This document shows positions 27,493 through 39,497 of a DNA stretch of 64,000 nt, one piece after another. Both the position numbers and the translations under genes were made by a program. Location: assembly GCA_946965045.2 (NCBI GenBank), contig OX337228.1, positions 6,758,001-6,822,000 on the forward strand. Direction: 5' to 3'. The notes under the pieces were generated by a model, which saw only the letters and a program-made list of their open reading frames with translations, was not told the origin of the DNA and searched no databases. The DNA is from Epithemia pelagica (taxonomy: Eukaryota > Protista > Bacillariophyta). Positions within the stretch are counted from its first letter, which is position 1; every line of letters begins with the position of its first letter.

Positions 27493-29227
27493 ATGTTTTA
27501 TCGATCCACCTCCGTCGCCACCCGTTCCTGGCAAAGACTGTCGCACGCGTCCAGCGCAACAACCCGAATCCATCTTCCCAGCGCTGCTGCGATTCGATCC
27601 TATTCCTTGTCGGCCCCCCTTTGTTCGGATGACAGCAACAACAACAAGGGCAACAGCAACACTGTCGTGACGACCAAAAAGACTTTGGTGACTCGCGAAG
27701 AAGGCGTCCATCAAACCATGAAGGTATCGAAATCATGGCGGAACAAACCCTTGTTTCGTCGTCAAGGCGATGTCCGCTTCAAAACCGGAGCCGAAGCGGC
27801 CCAATTGTTGGTGGATGAAGCCACACGACGAGATGCCCCCCTGACGCAATTTATTGATTCCGTCTCGAGTGCCATGCATTGCTTGTCGCCCGTCTTTGAT
27901 CGGAATCCCAAATATGCCTTTATTGCCAAAACACTCATGGAACCGGAACGCTATTTGCAATTTCGAGTCGCCTGGATTGACGATATGGGTGTCGTCCGTA
28001 TGAATCGAGGCTTTCGGGTCCAATACAGTTCCTCCTTGGGATGCTTCGAAGGGGGCTTGCATTTTGGATCCCACGTGAGTAATGCCGTCATCAAGTCTCT
28101 GGCCTTTGATCAAGTCTTTTCCAATGCCTTGACCGGCTTTGACATGGGAGCCGCCGTGGGTGGGTCCGACTTTAATCCCCTCGACAAGAGCGAGGGCGAA
28201 TTGCAACGATTTTGTCAATCCTTCATGACCGAATTGGCCAAGTACATTGGTCCCGATATTGACAATCCCTGGATGGGCATGGGTGTCGGACAAGAAGAAA
28301 TGGGATACCTCTTTGGACAATTCAAACGCATCAACTCCAAAAATAGTATCCCCGGACGATACTTTCTCAGTGGCAATGTCGAAGTAAGTGCAACCGAATC
28401 CAAAATGATGTTGGAATGTCACGAAACCAAGCACTACGGAACATGTCTCACATACACCCTGTCCATTGTTGCGCGCGCACTCCAATTCTGCGATACAACT
28501 ACTACAACACCAAACAAATATTAATAAATAATGATAGAGTCCTGGATATGGAGTGGTTCATTTTGCCCATGAAATGTTGAAAGACAAGGGAGATTCCTTG
28601 GAAGGAAAGCGGTGTTTGATTGTCGGCAGTGGCAAGGTGGCTCGTTCCGTGGCTGACAAACTCTTGTCCTATGGAGCTTTACCCTTGACCTTTTCCGATG
28701 CTTCGGGTCATGTCTACGAACCGGATGGGATTAAAGAAGGACAATTGCGAACCATTAACAAAATCAAGGAAGAACGTGGGGCCCTGCTGGGACGGTACAT
28801 TATTTCTTCCACCACGGCGCAATTCAATGATCCCGACAATCTCTTTGACATTCCCTGCGATCTCGTTTTCCCCTGTGGTGCCATGTCGGCCATTGATACC
28901 GCCCAAGTCGAACAATTGGCCAACAATGGCTGTACGGGCATAATAGAAGGCGCCCAAAAGACGGTCACGGCGCCCGCCCGCAAGACACTCAAGAAACGAG
29001 GCATGTTGTACGGACCGCACAATGTCACCTTGACCGGAACGGCCATTGCGCATCACATTGGAGCCGGCATGACAGATGAACTCTTGGTGGACCATGTCGC
29101 CCGGATTTATCGAGAAGTCAAGGGAACGGCGTCGGAATTCAATGTCCGAGGAGACTTGTATGCCGGAGGCAACATTCAAGGCTTTTTGCGGGTCGCCAAC
29201 AAAATGGTGGGGCATGGAGCCGTGTAA
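27493..29227 (+). CDS. Glutamate dehydrogenase-like protein with degenerate active site, mitochondrial-type presequence (exons 27493-28383, 28538-29227)
   Basis: Colinear with NADP-GDH: EPERYLQFRVAWIDD...NRGFRVQYSS, GGSDFNP, KSEGELQRFCQSFMTEL, GSGKVA, CDLVFPC, IIEGA, GGNIQGF. The intron is 28384-28537. Confidence 0.9.
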
Positions 29228-29463
29228 TAGTAGTTCCGAACAAGAGAACGAGAGAGAGAGACGGCTGTCTTGTGCTAGAGGAGAGACTTGTTCTAGACTC
29301 TTTAGTTGGATTGGCATTGCATCGTCCGAACTCATGTCTATAGCAGTATTGTGTGCAACTATCTATAATACTTGAGAATGACACAAAATCGTAAGGAATC
29401 CACAAACAGCGCACTGTAGAGGGCCCATTTCTTGCTTCAAACACGTTTTATAATATCCTTTGT

Positions 29464-29477
29464 TACTCCTAGGAGTA
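29464..29477. promoter_or_regulatory. Perfect palindrome TACTCCTAGGAGTA in a convergent 3'-3' gap (member of a recurrent TACTCCTA motif)
   Basis: Read directly; the same 8-mer recurs in several other intergenic positions. Confidence 0.4.
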
Positions 29478-29933
29478 GGAGTGTAAATATGCAATCGTAA
29501 TTCGTAATGAAGAGCCATGGTCGACAATCTTCCTACCTAGTAATGTTAAGATGAACAACAGCTTTCATTAGTGCCACGCATAAACTCTTTCTCTCCTAGT
29601 AGTTGTTTGCATCAAATCCATGAGTTGTTCCAGGTTTGGTTTCGCGCTGCTTGCGTGGATAAGAAATAACATGCGACGGTATCGATTGTCAATATTGGTA
29701 TCTTCGTCGGACAGTAAATTCCATCTTCAGGTCCTCCCTCCTCCGTCTCGTTTATGTATTAGAACAACTAGGAAGCAAGTACAGGACCACTGAACCTGTA
29801 CTTCCAGTGCATCCCGGGGTAACCCAACAAAAGTATCGAGCGTAACTCTATGCGTATTGTGGCAATGATCTGGGAAAGGAGTACCAAGTGCACTTTGGCG
29901 AGAATGTGGACAATTGTCTCCATCAGCTATTTA

Positions 29934-32900
29934 TCAATTCGAAGGATACTTGATATCTTCTTCCGTCAGACTTTCGGCGTATTTCATCCAGGGATGCTCG
30001 AGGGCCTCCGAAGCGGAAGGTCTCTTGTCTGGATCGATCGTCAGAAGCTTTTGAATGAAATCTGTAAAAACTGCTTGTTGCTTCTCATCTTTCGAGAGTT
30101 TGGCATTGGAATTGTACCTTCTCATTAAGGACGACGAAAACCCTAACCTGGACGATAGACAGGTCACCTTTGGTTGGAAAAGATCCATGTATTTCTTCCT
30201 TCGGTCACTGGAGGTGTCATCGTCATCGTCGCTTGTCTCACTCTGCGAATCTTCATGTTCGTGCTCATCGGAAGCTAGTTTTTCGAATAACAAGCCGCAT
30301 TTCGTGAAAAACCGACCACTCTGTCTTCCTTGAGCAATCATATGAGACGGGAATGTGCCACAAATGGCTTCAATGCGGCTCAACATGGAAACAATGGAAT
30401 CGTTCTGGAATGTGACTTCACCTGTGTACATCTCGGCTACAACACAGCCCAAGGACCACACGTCGATTCGTCCGTCGTAGGGCAAACCCAGAATAACTTC
30501 GGGTGCCCGATATGATCTGGACTGAATGTAGGATGATTGACGGTCCGTCAAAAAGCAAGAACTTCCAAAGTCAATCACTTTTACTTGTGCTCGACTGTAA
30601 CTGCTCAAGAGAATATTCTCTGGCTTGACATCCGAATGCACCAGACCCAACTTATGTACAAAGTCAAGAGCAATCAGAATCTGTCTGGTCAAATAGCACA
30701 AACGGGGTATTGTAAAGTAAGGTTCTTCGTTGCTGTCAATAATGAACTTTCCGAATTCGAAAAGATTCTGTCGAAGCAGTTCCGTCACAATGATCAGGTG
30801 CTCCCTGTGATAAAAGAATGTCTTCATCTCGACAATGTTCATCTCCTGGCACATGCCTGTCTGACGCAAAAGCTCCAATATCTTGATTTCATCCAGCGAT
30901 TGGTCGAAAAAGTCTTTGGTATTCTTGATCACTTTCAGACAAACTTCATCATGACCATCTGGTCCATCTCCATCCGAGCTCAAATCCACGCATCGATAGG
31001 CTGTACTAAACGCAGCACTACCTAGTTCTCCTTCCACTAAGTATTGTCCGGCAACAACGTTTCCTGCCTCCAATACCAGATCTTTGGTCGGCTCAAAGCC
31101 CGTCACGTGCGACTTGTATATAATGGGCAGGTGAAAGTATTCCAAGTCGCCCATCTCGCCACGGCCGGTGGATTTGACACCCGGGAAACAAGCCAGTGGT
31201 TGTTCTTTGGGGTAAATACGTGCTCGTGTCGCAATTTCATCTTCCAGCCGGCTTTTCTTGGCGGCTTCTTTACTAGCCAATTCTTGCTTATCCAGCAGAT
31301 CTTCGGCTTCTTTCAAATCTCGTTCAAAGGCTTCATCGTTCTCATCGTCATCGTGTGCGCGCTTTTTCGCAGTGGCGATCATGCGCTCAAAGGCATATTC
31401 CACGGCGGCTAGCTGTAAGGTCGTTAATCGGATAATACGATAGCCCGCTTCATCGGGATTGCTCTCATCCCAGTCTGGTCGTTTGTCCACAAGCTTGAGA
31501 GATTGCACCATGTTCGAGTCCAACAAATGGGCGCACAAGGTTTTCATGAGTTCGTCCGTCTCCTCGTCGACTTCATGGGAGGAGTATTTGTCCCCCGTTT
31601 CGTCGGCCAACGCTCCCGTTACCATGGAAACAGCGGCCGACAAGGAATCCAACAGGGACGGGGAGGTATAGGAATCTCGTTGTTGTTCCATATCGCCTTC
31701 GAGCACAACTCCCGTCGTGCCCCCGGCGTTTTTACTGAGGGGGCCCAGAACTCCATCGAGTTCCGAGTGGTTGTTTTGATTTTCATCGTCATTTTCAATA
31801 TCACAAAATGCGTCGTCATCCTCGTCGTCGTCGTCGTCAATATCGGCATCCTCGTCTTCATCTTCTGCTTCTTCTTCTACTACGTCGTCTTGCACGTCTG
31901 ACCCTCGGATATCCGCCGAGCCACTTTCCTTGTCATCATAGTCGTCGTCGTCGTCCTGGTCCTCGTTTCGTTGTTTATCGGGGTCGGGGCTGAGAACACT
32001 TCGCACGCGTCGATCAATGACATCGTCTTTTTTGGACCGTACGGCCCGTTCTTCTTGCAAACGCACCATTTTGTCCAAGTCGTCTTCGGGTGGCGTTTCG
32101 TCCCGAGGCGGCGGCTGAGCCGCCCCCACGAGGGAGGTGTCAATGGTCAAGTTGGTTTTGGGGCGCGTAGTACTACTGGTGGTGCCTACAGCCGGTACGG
32201 CGGCTTCGGTGGGGGGTTGGAGCAGGCGGGCATTGTGATTGGGCGACGACGACCCCAAGGTGGACGTGGAAGGGGCACCGAGCAAATCGGTCATGGCACG
32301 GACCAAGGCATTTTCGCCATTCGTCGTACTGTCCAATACTTCAACGACGGCCTGTGGTCGAGTCTCCTCGGGACTGGCCGTCTTTTTTTCTTCTCCTCGA
32401 CTGGTCGTAGTAGTCGTCGTAGTAGGAGGAGGAGGATGCGTGGTGGGCCAGTGCGGAGCCGTGGTGGGTGGTGGTGATTGGGAGTCGTCGTGTGGGGTCC
32501 GCGTGGGTTCGGCCAAGGCGTGCAAGGATGCTGGTTCTCCTCCTCCTCCTCCCCGCGATCCTCTCCCTTGACTGTGGGCCCGTTCCAAAATGGCCAACAA
32601 GACTCGTTCGACCCCGCGATGCACCTCTTGCTCGGTGGTATTCGTAGTCGTATTATGACTACTCAGTGTCGTGGAAGGATTCATGGACGAGACTTGGGAG
32701 GGTGCCGCGGAGGTGGACAACAAGGTGGGCAGTCGATCGTCGTCGTCGGGTTCCGGTTCCTTGGTTCGAAAGGTGGTGGAGGAGGGGACCGATCGTGACG
32801 TGAGGGCTCCTCCTCCTTCCGCGTGGTCGTCGTCCAGGGTCGTGGTTGTGGTGGTGGGGTGCCCCAAGGACGCCAGGGCCGCCTCGGGTTGTGAGGCGTG

Positions 32901-33854
32901 GTGCAGCCATGGTTGTGGTCCCACGACAACATCGCTGTGGCTACTGCTGCTAGGGACGGCTGGTGCTTCGAGCGGCGTACTATACTTGTCTTCTTGTTTG
33001 AGTTCGGCCAGTCGGCTGGCATAGCGGGCCATGCGTTCTTGCCGTTGTTTGCGGCGGGCTTCAATTTCCGCTTGATAGGCTTCGCCCAAGGCCACGGCCG
33101 ACGGAGTCGTGGCAGTTGCCAAAGCCTCCTCGCTGGAGGATGGATCCATGGCGGATTCCGCCGCCAACAGGACCGTGGCCTTAGCAGTGTCTTCCTGTGA
33201 TGGTTCGTCCCGCAATTGCAAAATCCGATCGGCTTCGGGCGGTGTGCGAGACCGAGGATTCATTCTCGTCCACGACGACGACGAGGATGCTGCTGCTGCT
33301 TTGGACGAGGACTGGGGCGAACTGGGAGGATGGAGCAACATGCCATTGGGAGACGAAAAGGCGGCAGTCGTCGTCGTGTCACCGGCAGCCCGCGGCGTAC
33401 GATGTTTGCGCAAGAGATCGAGGGCTTCTTTAATGGCATCTTCGTAGGGATTGGAGACTTCGGAAGAAGCCGTGGAATGGTGGTGGTGATTGTGGGTAGT
33501 AGTAGTAGAATTGTGAGCATGATGCGTATAGTGCGTGGGAGTGGTCCCATCTCTCCGCGATTCGGCTTCCACGGCGGCTGGATGGCTGTTGCTGCCTCCG
33601 AGAATTTCGAGGCGTTGTTGTTCGTGTTCTTGCAAACTTTTTAAAATCTCGACCGAATCTCGATTCGTCGTGTCGTGTTGGGGTGGTGGTTGCTGCTGCT
33701 GTGGTTGGGGAGACAGAGTCGCTGTCGGTGGTGGTTGCACAAAGTCTTGGGCATTGTAAAAGCTAAAGCGCGTTTGGGTGTGATGCGAGCTCACCGAGGC
33801 ACTGTCCTTGTTGGTGGCGACACCATCACTGGCCGCCGATGCCGTGTCGTTCAT
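29934..33854 (-). CDS. DYRK-family kinase, DYRKP-like, with ~900-aa disordered N-terminus
   Basis: TGFEPTKD, LGSAAFSTA, KVIKNTKDFFDQSLDEIK, HSDVKPEN, YIQSRSYRAPEVILGLPY; single 1306-aa ORF. Confidence 0.92.
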   Translation of the reverse strand: MNDTASAASDGVATNKDSASVSSHHTQTRFSFYNAQDFVQPPPTATLSPQPQQQQPPPQHDTTNRDSVEILKSLQEHEQQRLEILGGSNSHPAAVEAESRRDGTTPTHYTHHAHNSTTTTHNHHHHSTASSEVSNPYEDAIKEALDLLRKHRTPRAAGDTTTTAAFSSPNGMLLHPPSSPQSSSKAAAASSSSSWTRMNPRSRTPPEADRILQLRDEPSQEDTAKATVLLAAESAMDPSSSEEALATATTPSAVALGEAYQAEIEARRKQRQERMARYASRLAELKQEDKYSTPLEAPAVPSSSSHSDVVVGPQPWLHHASQPEAALASLGHPTTTTTTLDDDHAEGGGALTSRSVPSSTTFRTKEPEPDDDDRLPTLLSTSAAPSQVSSMNPSTTLSSHNTTTNTTEQEVHRGVERVLLAILERAHSQGRGSRGGGGGEPASLHALAEPTRTPHDDSQSPPPTTAPHWPTTHPPPPTTTTTTTSRGEEKKTASPEETRPQAVVEVLDSTTNGENALVRAMTDLLGAPSTSTLGSSSPNHNARLLQPPTEAAVPAVGTTSSTTRPKTNLTIDTSLVGAAQPPPRDETPPEDDLDKMVRLQEERAVRSKKDDVIDRRVRSVLSPDPDKQRNEDQDDDDDYDDKESGSADIRGSDVQDDVVEEEAEDEDEDADIDDDDDEDDDAFCDIENDDENQNNHSELDGVLGPLSKNAGGTTGVVLEGDMEQQRDSYTSPSLLDSLSAAVSMVTGALADETGDKYSSHEVDEETDELMKTLCAHLLDSNMVQSLKLVDKRPDWDESNPDEAGYRIIRLTTLQLAAVEYAFERMIATAKKRAHDDDENDEAFERDLKEAEDLLDKQELASKEAAKKSRLEDEIATRARIYPKEQPLACFPGVKSTGRGEMGDLEYFHLPIIYKSHVTGFEPTKDLVLEAGNVVAGQYLVEGELGSAAFSTAYRCVDLSSDGDGPDGHDEVCLKVIKNTKDFFDQSLDEIKILELLRQTGMCQEMNIVEMKTFFYHREHLIIVTELLRQNLFEFGKFIIDSNEEPYFTIPRLCYLTRQILIALDFVHKLGLVHSDVKPENILLSSYSRAQVKVIDFGSSCFLTDRQSSYIQSRSYRAPEVILGLPYDGRIDVWSLGCVVAEMYTGEVTFQNDSIVSMLSRIEAICGTFPSHMIAQGRQSGRFFTKCGLLFEKLASDEHEHEDSQSETSDDDDDTSSDRRKKYMDLFQPKVTCLSSRLGFSSSLMRRYNSNAKLSKDEKQQAVFTDFIQKLLTIDPDKRPSASEALEHPWMKYAESLTEEDIKYPSN

Positions 33855-34662
33855 GTTGATTCAATCAAGGAAACTGGGACCTTTTAAACGTATTGGACGG
33901 ACCGACTTGTGCCCTCTTGTTGTCCAACGAGAGAAGGGATCGATCGAGCCGTAGAGTAGATTGCACCAACCAACGGGGTCTCCCACCAAACACCAAATCA
34001 AACAACGGATCCAATTCCTCTCACTGAAACACGAACGGGGCCTTTCCTTCGATGATCACAACACTCCACCAATCCAGAGACAAATGAATCCACAGAGAAC
34101 ACACACAAGAGAGAGAGAGCGAGAACAGGGTCCACAACAAAGGTGGCAATGAGATTGCTATGTTGTAATAATTGATTCTGGGAGAGGAGAGACGATGAAG
34201 AGAGAGAAATTGGTGCAGTGTGGTGGTGTGTGCGTTTTGGTACCGTCGCGCGCCGGTCCTGTGCCCGGCAGTCCTCGTACGTTAGAAATACATAGAAGAA
34301 CGCCGGCGCATGGATCCGATGGGATACTCTGGCACAGTCAGTACAGGCCGATTTTTGGATCGATTCAAAAGAAAAGAAATCAATGACGACACATGCTTTG
34401 GCGCCGCGGGCGCTCGAGTCTTGGATGAAACCGAGAAAATAGAAAAAATCCAACTCTTGAAAAATGAAAAAAAGGCAAACTGGAAAATGACCACAGACAC
34501 AGAAAGCGGCAATGGCATTCGCTCTCCCATCGAAACTCATCATCATCATCTTTTTCGTTGGTCGTTGGATGCATCTCCTCCTCCAAAAGAGTCACAAACA
34601 AACCAAAACAAGAGAGAGACTCGATCGGATTCCGGAACCACAACAACAACATCAACAACAGA

Positions 34663-36435
34663 ATGAAGCGACGAAAGGCCGTCGTCCCCCGATCGTTGGC
34701 CCATGGCATTTTGATTCGCATCGTCACTTGTGTGTTGCAACGACACGTGGCTTGCTTAGTGGGGTTGGGCTTTGCCACCATCGCCTGGACCGTGATTGCC
34801 TTGGTCCATGGCCATGCCCATGTATCGCACGAACCGCATCCGCACGAACAAACACGTCAAAAACTCTTGCTCCCCTTTATGAAGCACAAGGACTGGATTG
34901 CCCAAGACGAACAGGAATTGCAACGACCGCCCGACCACGATGTCGGGGCCGACTGGAAACTGCCCGAAGCTTTTTCGGCCGTCTTGTCACGGGCCTCGCA
35001 AATGCGGGATCATTGTACCAATTTGCAATCGGAACATGATTTTGTGGAGTTTGAAGCCTCCTTTCAAGTGCCCTTGGCAGGTACCAATGAAACCGTGGCC
35101 AGTTTGCCCTCGTTTGGGATTGTCGAACAATTGGAACACTTCAAGTACGATCCCTTGGGAGCCTTGGGAGGACGACAGTCGTCGTCGGATGGTGGCGGTT
35201 TGAATCCGGCCGATTGGAACTGTGTCCTTCCTCCCGAAACCGAATGTGACGAACAGACCTTGACGGTCATTTTCCTGGCACACAATCCGGATCGACTCGA
35301 AAAGGCCTTTTCACAAATCAAACTCTTGTTGACCGATACCAACTGGAAACGGCTCGTGCAGGAAGTCGTCTTGGTCTGGAATGGCGCTCGATCGGTGGAC
35401 GAATCCCCCGTGGGACAAAATCTCTTGTACTTTTCGGCCACGGCCGCTCTGCGCGTCGTGTATCCCCTGCGCATGGGCTTGGCCAATGATTTACTCAATC
35501 GCTATCACCCCAAGGTGGTCCAAGTCCAAACCAAGGCCCTTTTGTATTACGATGACGATGGTCCTTTTTATTCCTTTGCAGCCGTCCAAGCGGGCTTTGA
35601 ACTCTGGAAACGACATAGTTTAAGTCAAGTCGGGGCCATGGCGCGGCAACTCACCTACAGTCCTCGTCAACAACGCGAACACGACCTCTTGGTGGCCGAC
35701 CATCCCGAGGCGGCCGATCGGCAATTTGTTTCGCAGTGTACCAATGTCCAGGATGAGCTCGAGTACAATTATCGCTATTTTGCCAATTACAATGCCAACA
35801 TGGTCTTGCCCAGTGGCTCTTTCTTGCATGCCAATTACTTGTGTTTTCTGTTTCATCCCGCCCTCGAACCCATTCGACACTTTGTCCGACAACATCCCGT
35901 CCGACCCGACGATGTCACGGTCAGCATGATTGTCTCCCAATTGGCCGGACGAGCCCCGCGCGTCTACAGTCGACGTCTCAATCCTGACACAGGCCCAGAT
36001 GAAACGAACAAAAAGAAAAGGCCACGTAAACGACGCCAACGACAAGCGCGACGACGACTATTCGATCAAGAAGAAGAAGAAGAAGAAGATGATGATGATG
36101 ATGATGATGGAACAACGGTTGCTACTGATGATGGTATGGACTACTCGAATGCCACGGCCACGCAGCATCATCGTCGACTCATGTTTGACATTAATTGGGA
36201 TGCCAAGGGCGGTATGAATCGTCAAAAACAAGTGTGGGCCAACTTGCGAACCCAAGCCGTCAATGCCTTGGTTCAATATTTTGGCAGTCTCAATTCGGGA
36301 TCCATCGGATGGTGTCACGGCTCGACCTTGTACCATGACACGTCCGTCGCTGGACACTGTAAACCCGACATGGCCAAAATTGGATGGCTCTCCTGGATGA
36401 ATCCCGATGGAACACCCAAAGAAACCTGTCCCTAA
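34663..36435 (+). CDS. Glycosyltransferase family 64 (EXTL2-like) type II membrane protein
   Basis: N-terminal TM; EVVLVWNG, NDLLNRYHP, ALLYYDDD (DxD), SFLHANYL, DDVTVS. Confidence 0.8.
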   Translation: MKRRKAVVPRSLAHGILIRIVTCVLQRHVACLVGLGFATIAWTVIALVHGHAHVSHEPHPHEQTRQKLLLPFMKHKDWIAQDEQELQRPPDHDVGADWKLPEAFSAVLSRASQMRDHCTNLQSEHDFVEFEASFQVPLAGTNETVASLPSFGIVEQLEHFKYDPLGALGGRQSSSDGGGLNPADWNCVLPPETECDEQTLTVIFLAHNPDRLEKAFSQIKLLLTDTNWKRLVQEVVLVWNGARSVDESPVGQNLLYFSATAALRVVYPLRMGLANDLLNRYHPKVVQVQTKALLYYDDDGPFYSFAAVQAGFELWKRHSLSQVGAMARQLTYSPRQQREHDLLVADHPEAADRQFVSQCTNVQDELEYNYRYFANYNANMVLPSGSFLHANYLCFLFHPALEPIRHFVRQHPVRPDDVTVSMIVSQLAGRAPRVYSRRLNPDTGPDETNKKKRPRKRRQRQARRRLFDQEEEEEEDDDDDDDGTTVATDDGMDYSNATATQHHRRLMFDINWDAKGGMNRQKQVWANLRTQAVNALVQYFGSLNSGSIGWCHGSTLYHDTSVAGHCKPDMAKIGWLSWMNPDGTPKETCP

Positions 36436-37224
36436 TAGCAGCTCGTAGTAGAGTGACTGCGAGAACAACAACACACACAGACACACACAAGTTTGTGTGT
36501 CTGTGATTCACGACACCTTGCCCAACCTTTCCATGAACAAGAGTGCCAAGTGATGGACTCGTTCCAAAGAGATGGTGATGGCTTCCATATCTCTCTCTCA
36601 TCCTGTCCATGCTACGGCATGTCATGAAAGATGGAGCCAAGGAAAGAAACTACCCATTAAAAAACGATTGAATGTGGGGAACCATGAACATTCGGTCCCA
36701 AGGATCAAGTGTGGATCGACACAAGTCTTGTTTTGGGAACCGCCTGGTTTCATTGTTCCACACAGTCTCTCGAGTAGTGTACCAGCAGCGCTGGTGTCGT
36801 ATGGGTGGGAGCCACCGACGACTGTCGGCAGTGCTCTTGTTCCATAGTTAACCGACCTACCGTCGTCGTAGAGGATGTCGCAAGACGAGCCATGTGCTCG
36901 TCCTGCTCTATATCGATATATAGGTAGATATGCTGCTCAACGAGAGTACAGGATTGGTTGTCTCTCCTCCTTGGATCCTTAGGATTGTTTGGCAAGAGGT
37001 AGTTGAGGCACACAAAAGAGCTCCACAACTCAAATCGCTAGAGGGATTTTGGTAAGGTTAGAGGAGGTAGATCGGGAGGAAGAAGTGTGGGAGGAAGCGT
37101 CGCACATCAGTCGGATAAACTGGGTCGCGAGAATTTCAAGATTTTGAATCTCCATGTTCTATGTCGACCAACCATGTCGATTCCACATTTCATTTTCCAA
37201 AGACTGGAACTGTGTTTAGCAACC

Positions 37225-39201
37225 ATGGCGACTCTGTTTGGAAAGCGTAAACGACGTAGGACGGAGGCTGATTCGGATACTGTTGCACAAACCGCGCTGG
37301 AACCTGAACAAGCATCGACTGAGAGCGATTGCCACGTTGCTGCTTGGAAGGAGACGGAACCCTTGCCCCCATGGTGTTCGTTGGAGGACTTGGGGTACGT
37401 CCAATGCATATCCGTGTGTTGACAAGACTCTGTGGAGTCAACGTTGTCCATATGCTACAGGAATTGGATGAGTGGGGATTTGTCTCATATTTTCATTTTT
37501 ATATTTACTCTTGTTGCTATTGTGTTTTTCTTGTAGACTTGCCGAGCCCTTGGTATCGACGTGCCGTCAATTGGGATTCAAGAAACCAACCCCTGTACAA
37601 AGGACCGTGATTCCGTTCCTCTTGAAGAACGCTCAAGCCCATGTACTTGCCCTGGCTCAGACAGGTAAGTATTGTCGAGTTGGATCAAGCTTTGAGCCAC
37701 TCATGAGTCAACTCATTGTGTTGTTTTCCGTTTTCTGTCTCGTTTCTTGGGTGTGCTTATTCTTGCATCGAATATCATGAATTCCGACCAATAACCATGA
37801 CGCTCAGGCTCGGGAAAGACTGCGGCTTTTGTTTTACCCATTTTGCATAGGTTATCGCAGGATCCCTACGGTATTTATGCTGTCATTCTCACACCTACTC
37901 GAGAATTGGCCAAACAAATCCACCAACAGGTTCTTGCCTTGGGATCTGCCTACAATGTACAATCTGCGTTGGTGGTGGGAGGTCTTGATTCTGTCAAACA
38001 GTCGTGTGCGCTGGACCAACGACCTCATTTTTGTGTGGCAACGCCAGGACGGTTGGCTCAACTCTTGCAGGGGCCCAAACCTCCGAATCTGAGCCACGTA
38101 CGTTTCATGGTCTTGGATGAGGCCGATCGGTTGCTGGCTGCTGGAAGTGGCTTTGAACGACACGTAGCTGAACTGTTGATTCATTGCAGGGCTGGAAACG
38201 CTTGTACAAAACCTTTCACTAGTGAGGTTTCACCACCAATGGAACAGCAACAAAAGGGACATCGGAACGAGTGCCAGACGTTGTTGTTCAGTGCCACCAT
38301 GACCAAGAGTTTGCAGGGTATTGAAGGGATTGGCTTGGGAAAGCTCAAGAAATTTGTGGTTCAGGAAACCCACCATCAAACGGACGTTGCATCGATCAAT
38401 AACAAAGACGAAACGAAAGACTCAGGTCAAGACGAAAATCCAGATGATGATGATGGTCTTTGTACCCCAAAGCTTCCATCTGGACTCAAACAGGAATATG
38501 TCTTTATGCCAGCACGAGTCCGTGATGCCTATGTTATCGCAGCAGTTCGCCATTTGCTCATCAATGGAGGAAAAGCCGAGTCAAAGCAAGGAGGATCTGG
38601 TCTCAATGAAGACACGGATAGCAAAGCCCGTTCCGCAATTGTTTTCGTTTCGACATGCGAACGAGCAGCGTTGGTCTCGGGTATTCTCTCACAGTTGGGG
38701 GTAGAGAATGTCGCATTACATTCTCTGCTGTCTCAAAATCGCCGTTTGGCATCGTTGGGGAAATTCAAATCCCAACAAGTACGCATTCTGGTCGCGACGG
38801 ACGTGGCAAGTCGAGGTCTGGACATTCCCACGGTCGACCTTGTGCTGAATAGTGAACTACCTCGAAACCCTTTGTCGTATATTCACCGAGTGGGACGTAC
38901 CGCACGAGCGGGTCGTCGGGGACGGGCAATCTCCTTTGTGTCCGAGTCGGAGATTGGTCTCGTTCATGCGGTGGAACGAAGTTCCGAAAGAACCTTGGAA
39001 AAGTGCGTGGATGTGACAGACGAAAAGGCGGTTGCCTTGTTAGGACCTGTGACCAAGGCCACTCGACTGACGAAAATGAAACTAAGTGAGATTGGATTTG
39101 ACGAGCTGGTTCAGAAATTTAAGCAAAGGAAAGAAGCAGATCGAAAAGAACGCGATAGGATTCATCGTGGCCTCAAGAAGATTAAGAAATCGCGGAACTA
39201 A
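37225..39201 (+). CDS. DDX49: DEAD-box RNA helicase DDX49/Dbp8 (exons 37225-37394, 37537-37664, 37808-39201)
   Basis: Q motif, AQTGSGKT rebuilt across an intron, PTRELA, TPGRL, DEAD, SAT, SRGLD, YIHRVGRTARAGR, QDPYGIYA. Confidence 0.9.
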
Positions 39202-39497
39202 GAGAGATATCTTCATTCTAATGGTCCTGGATTACTGGTACTCCTAACTATGAGACGTTGGATTGTTTTTGTGTCTACTCCTAAGAGCGAAGTTCATTTA
39301 TTGATACGCTTTTAGGTCGCGTTTATTGGCAAAGCCATGTATATACAATAGAGTTCGGGTTTAATGCTTCGACTGTCTGTTGCTCTCTCACTGCTGCCCA
39401 ACACCACAACCATCCCATCAATTGTCTTGGAGCCGTTGTCATCCAGGTATCTCACAGTCATCCGCTTTTAGTTTCTCGTAATCAACAAGAATCAATC

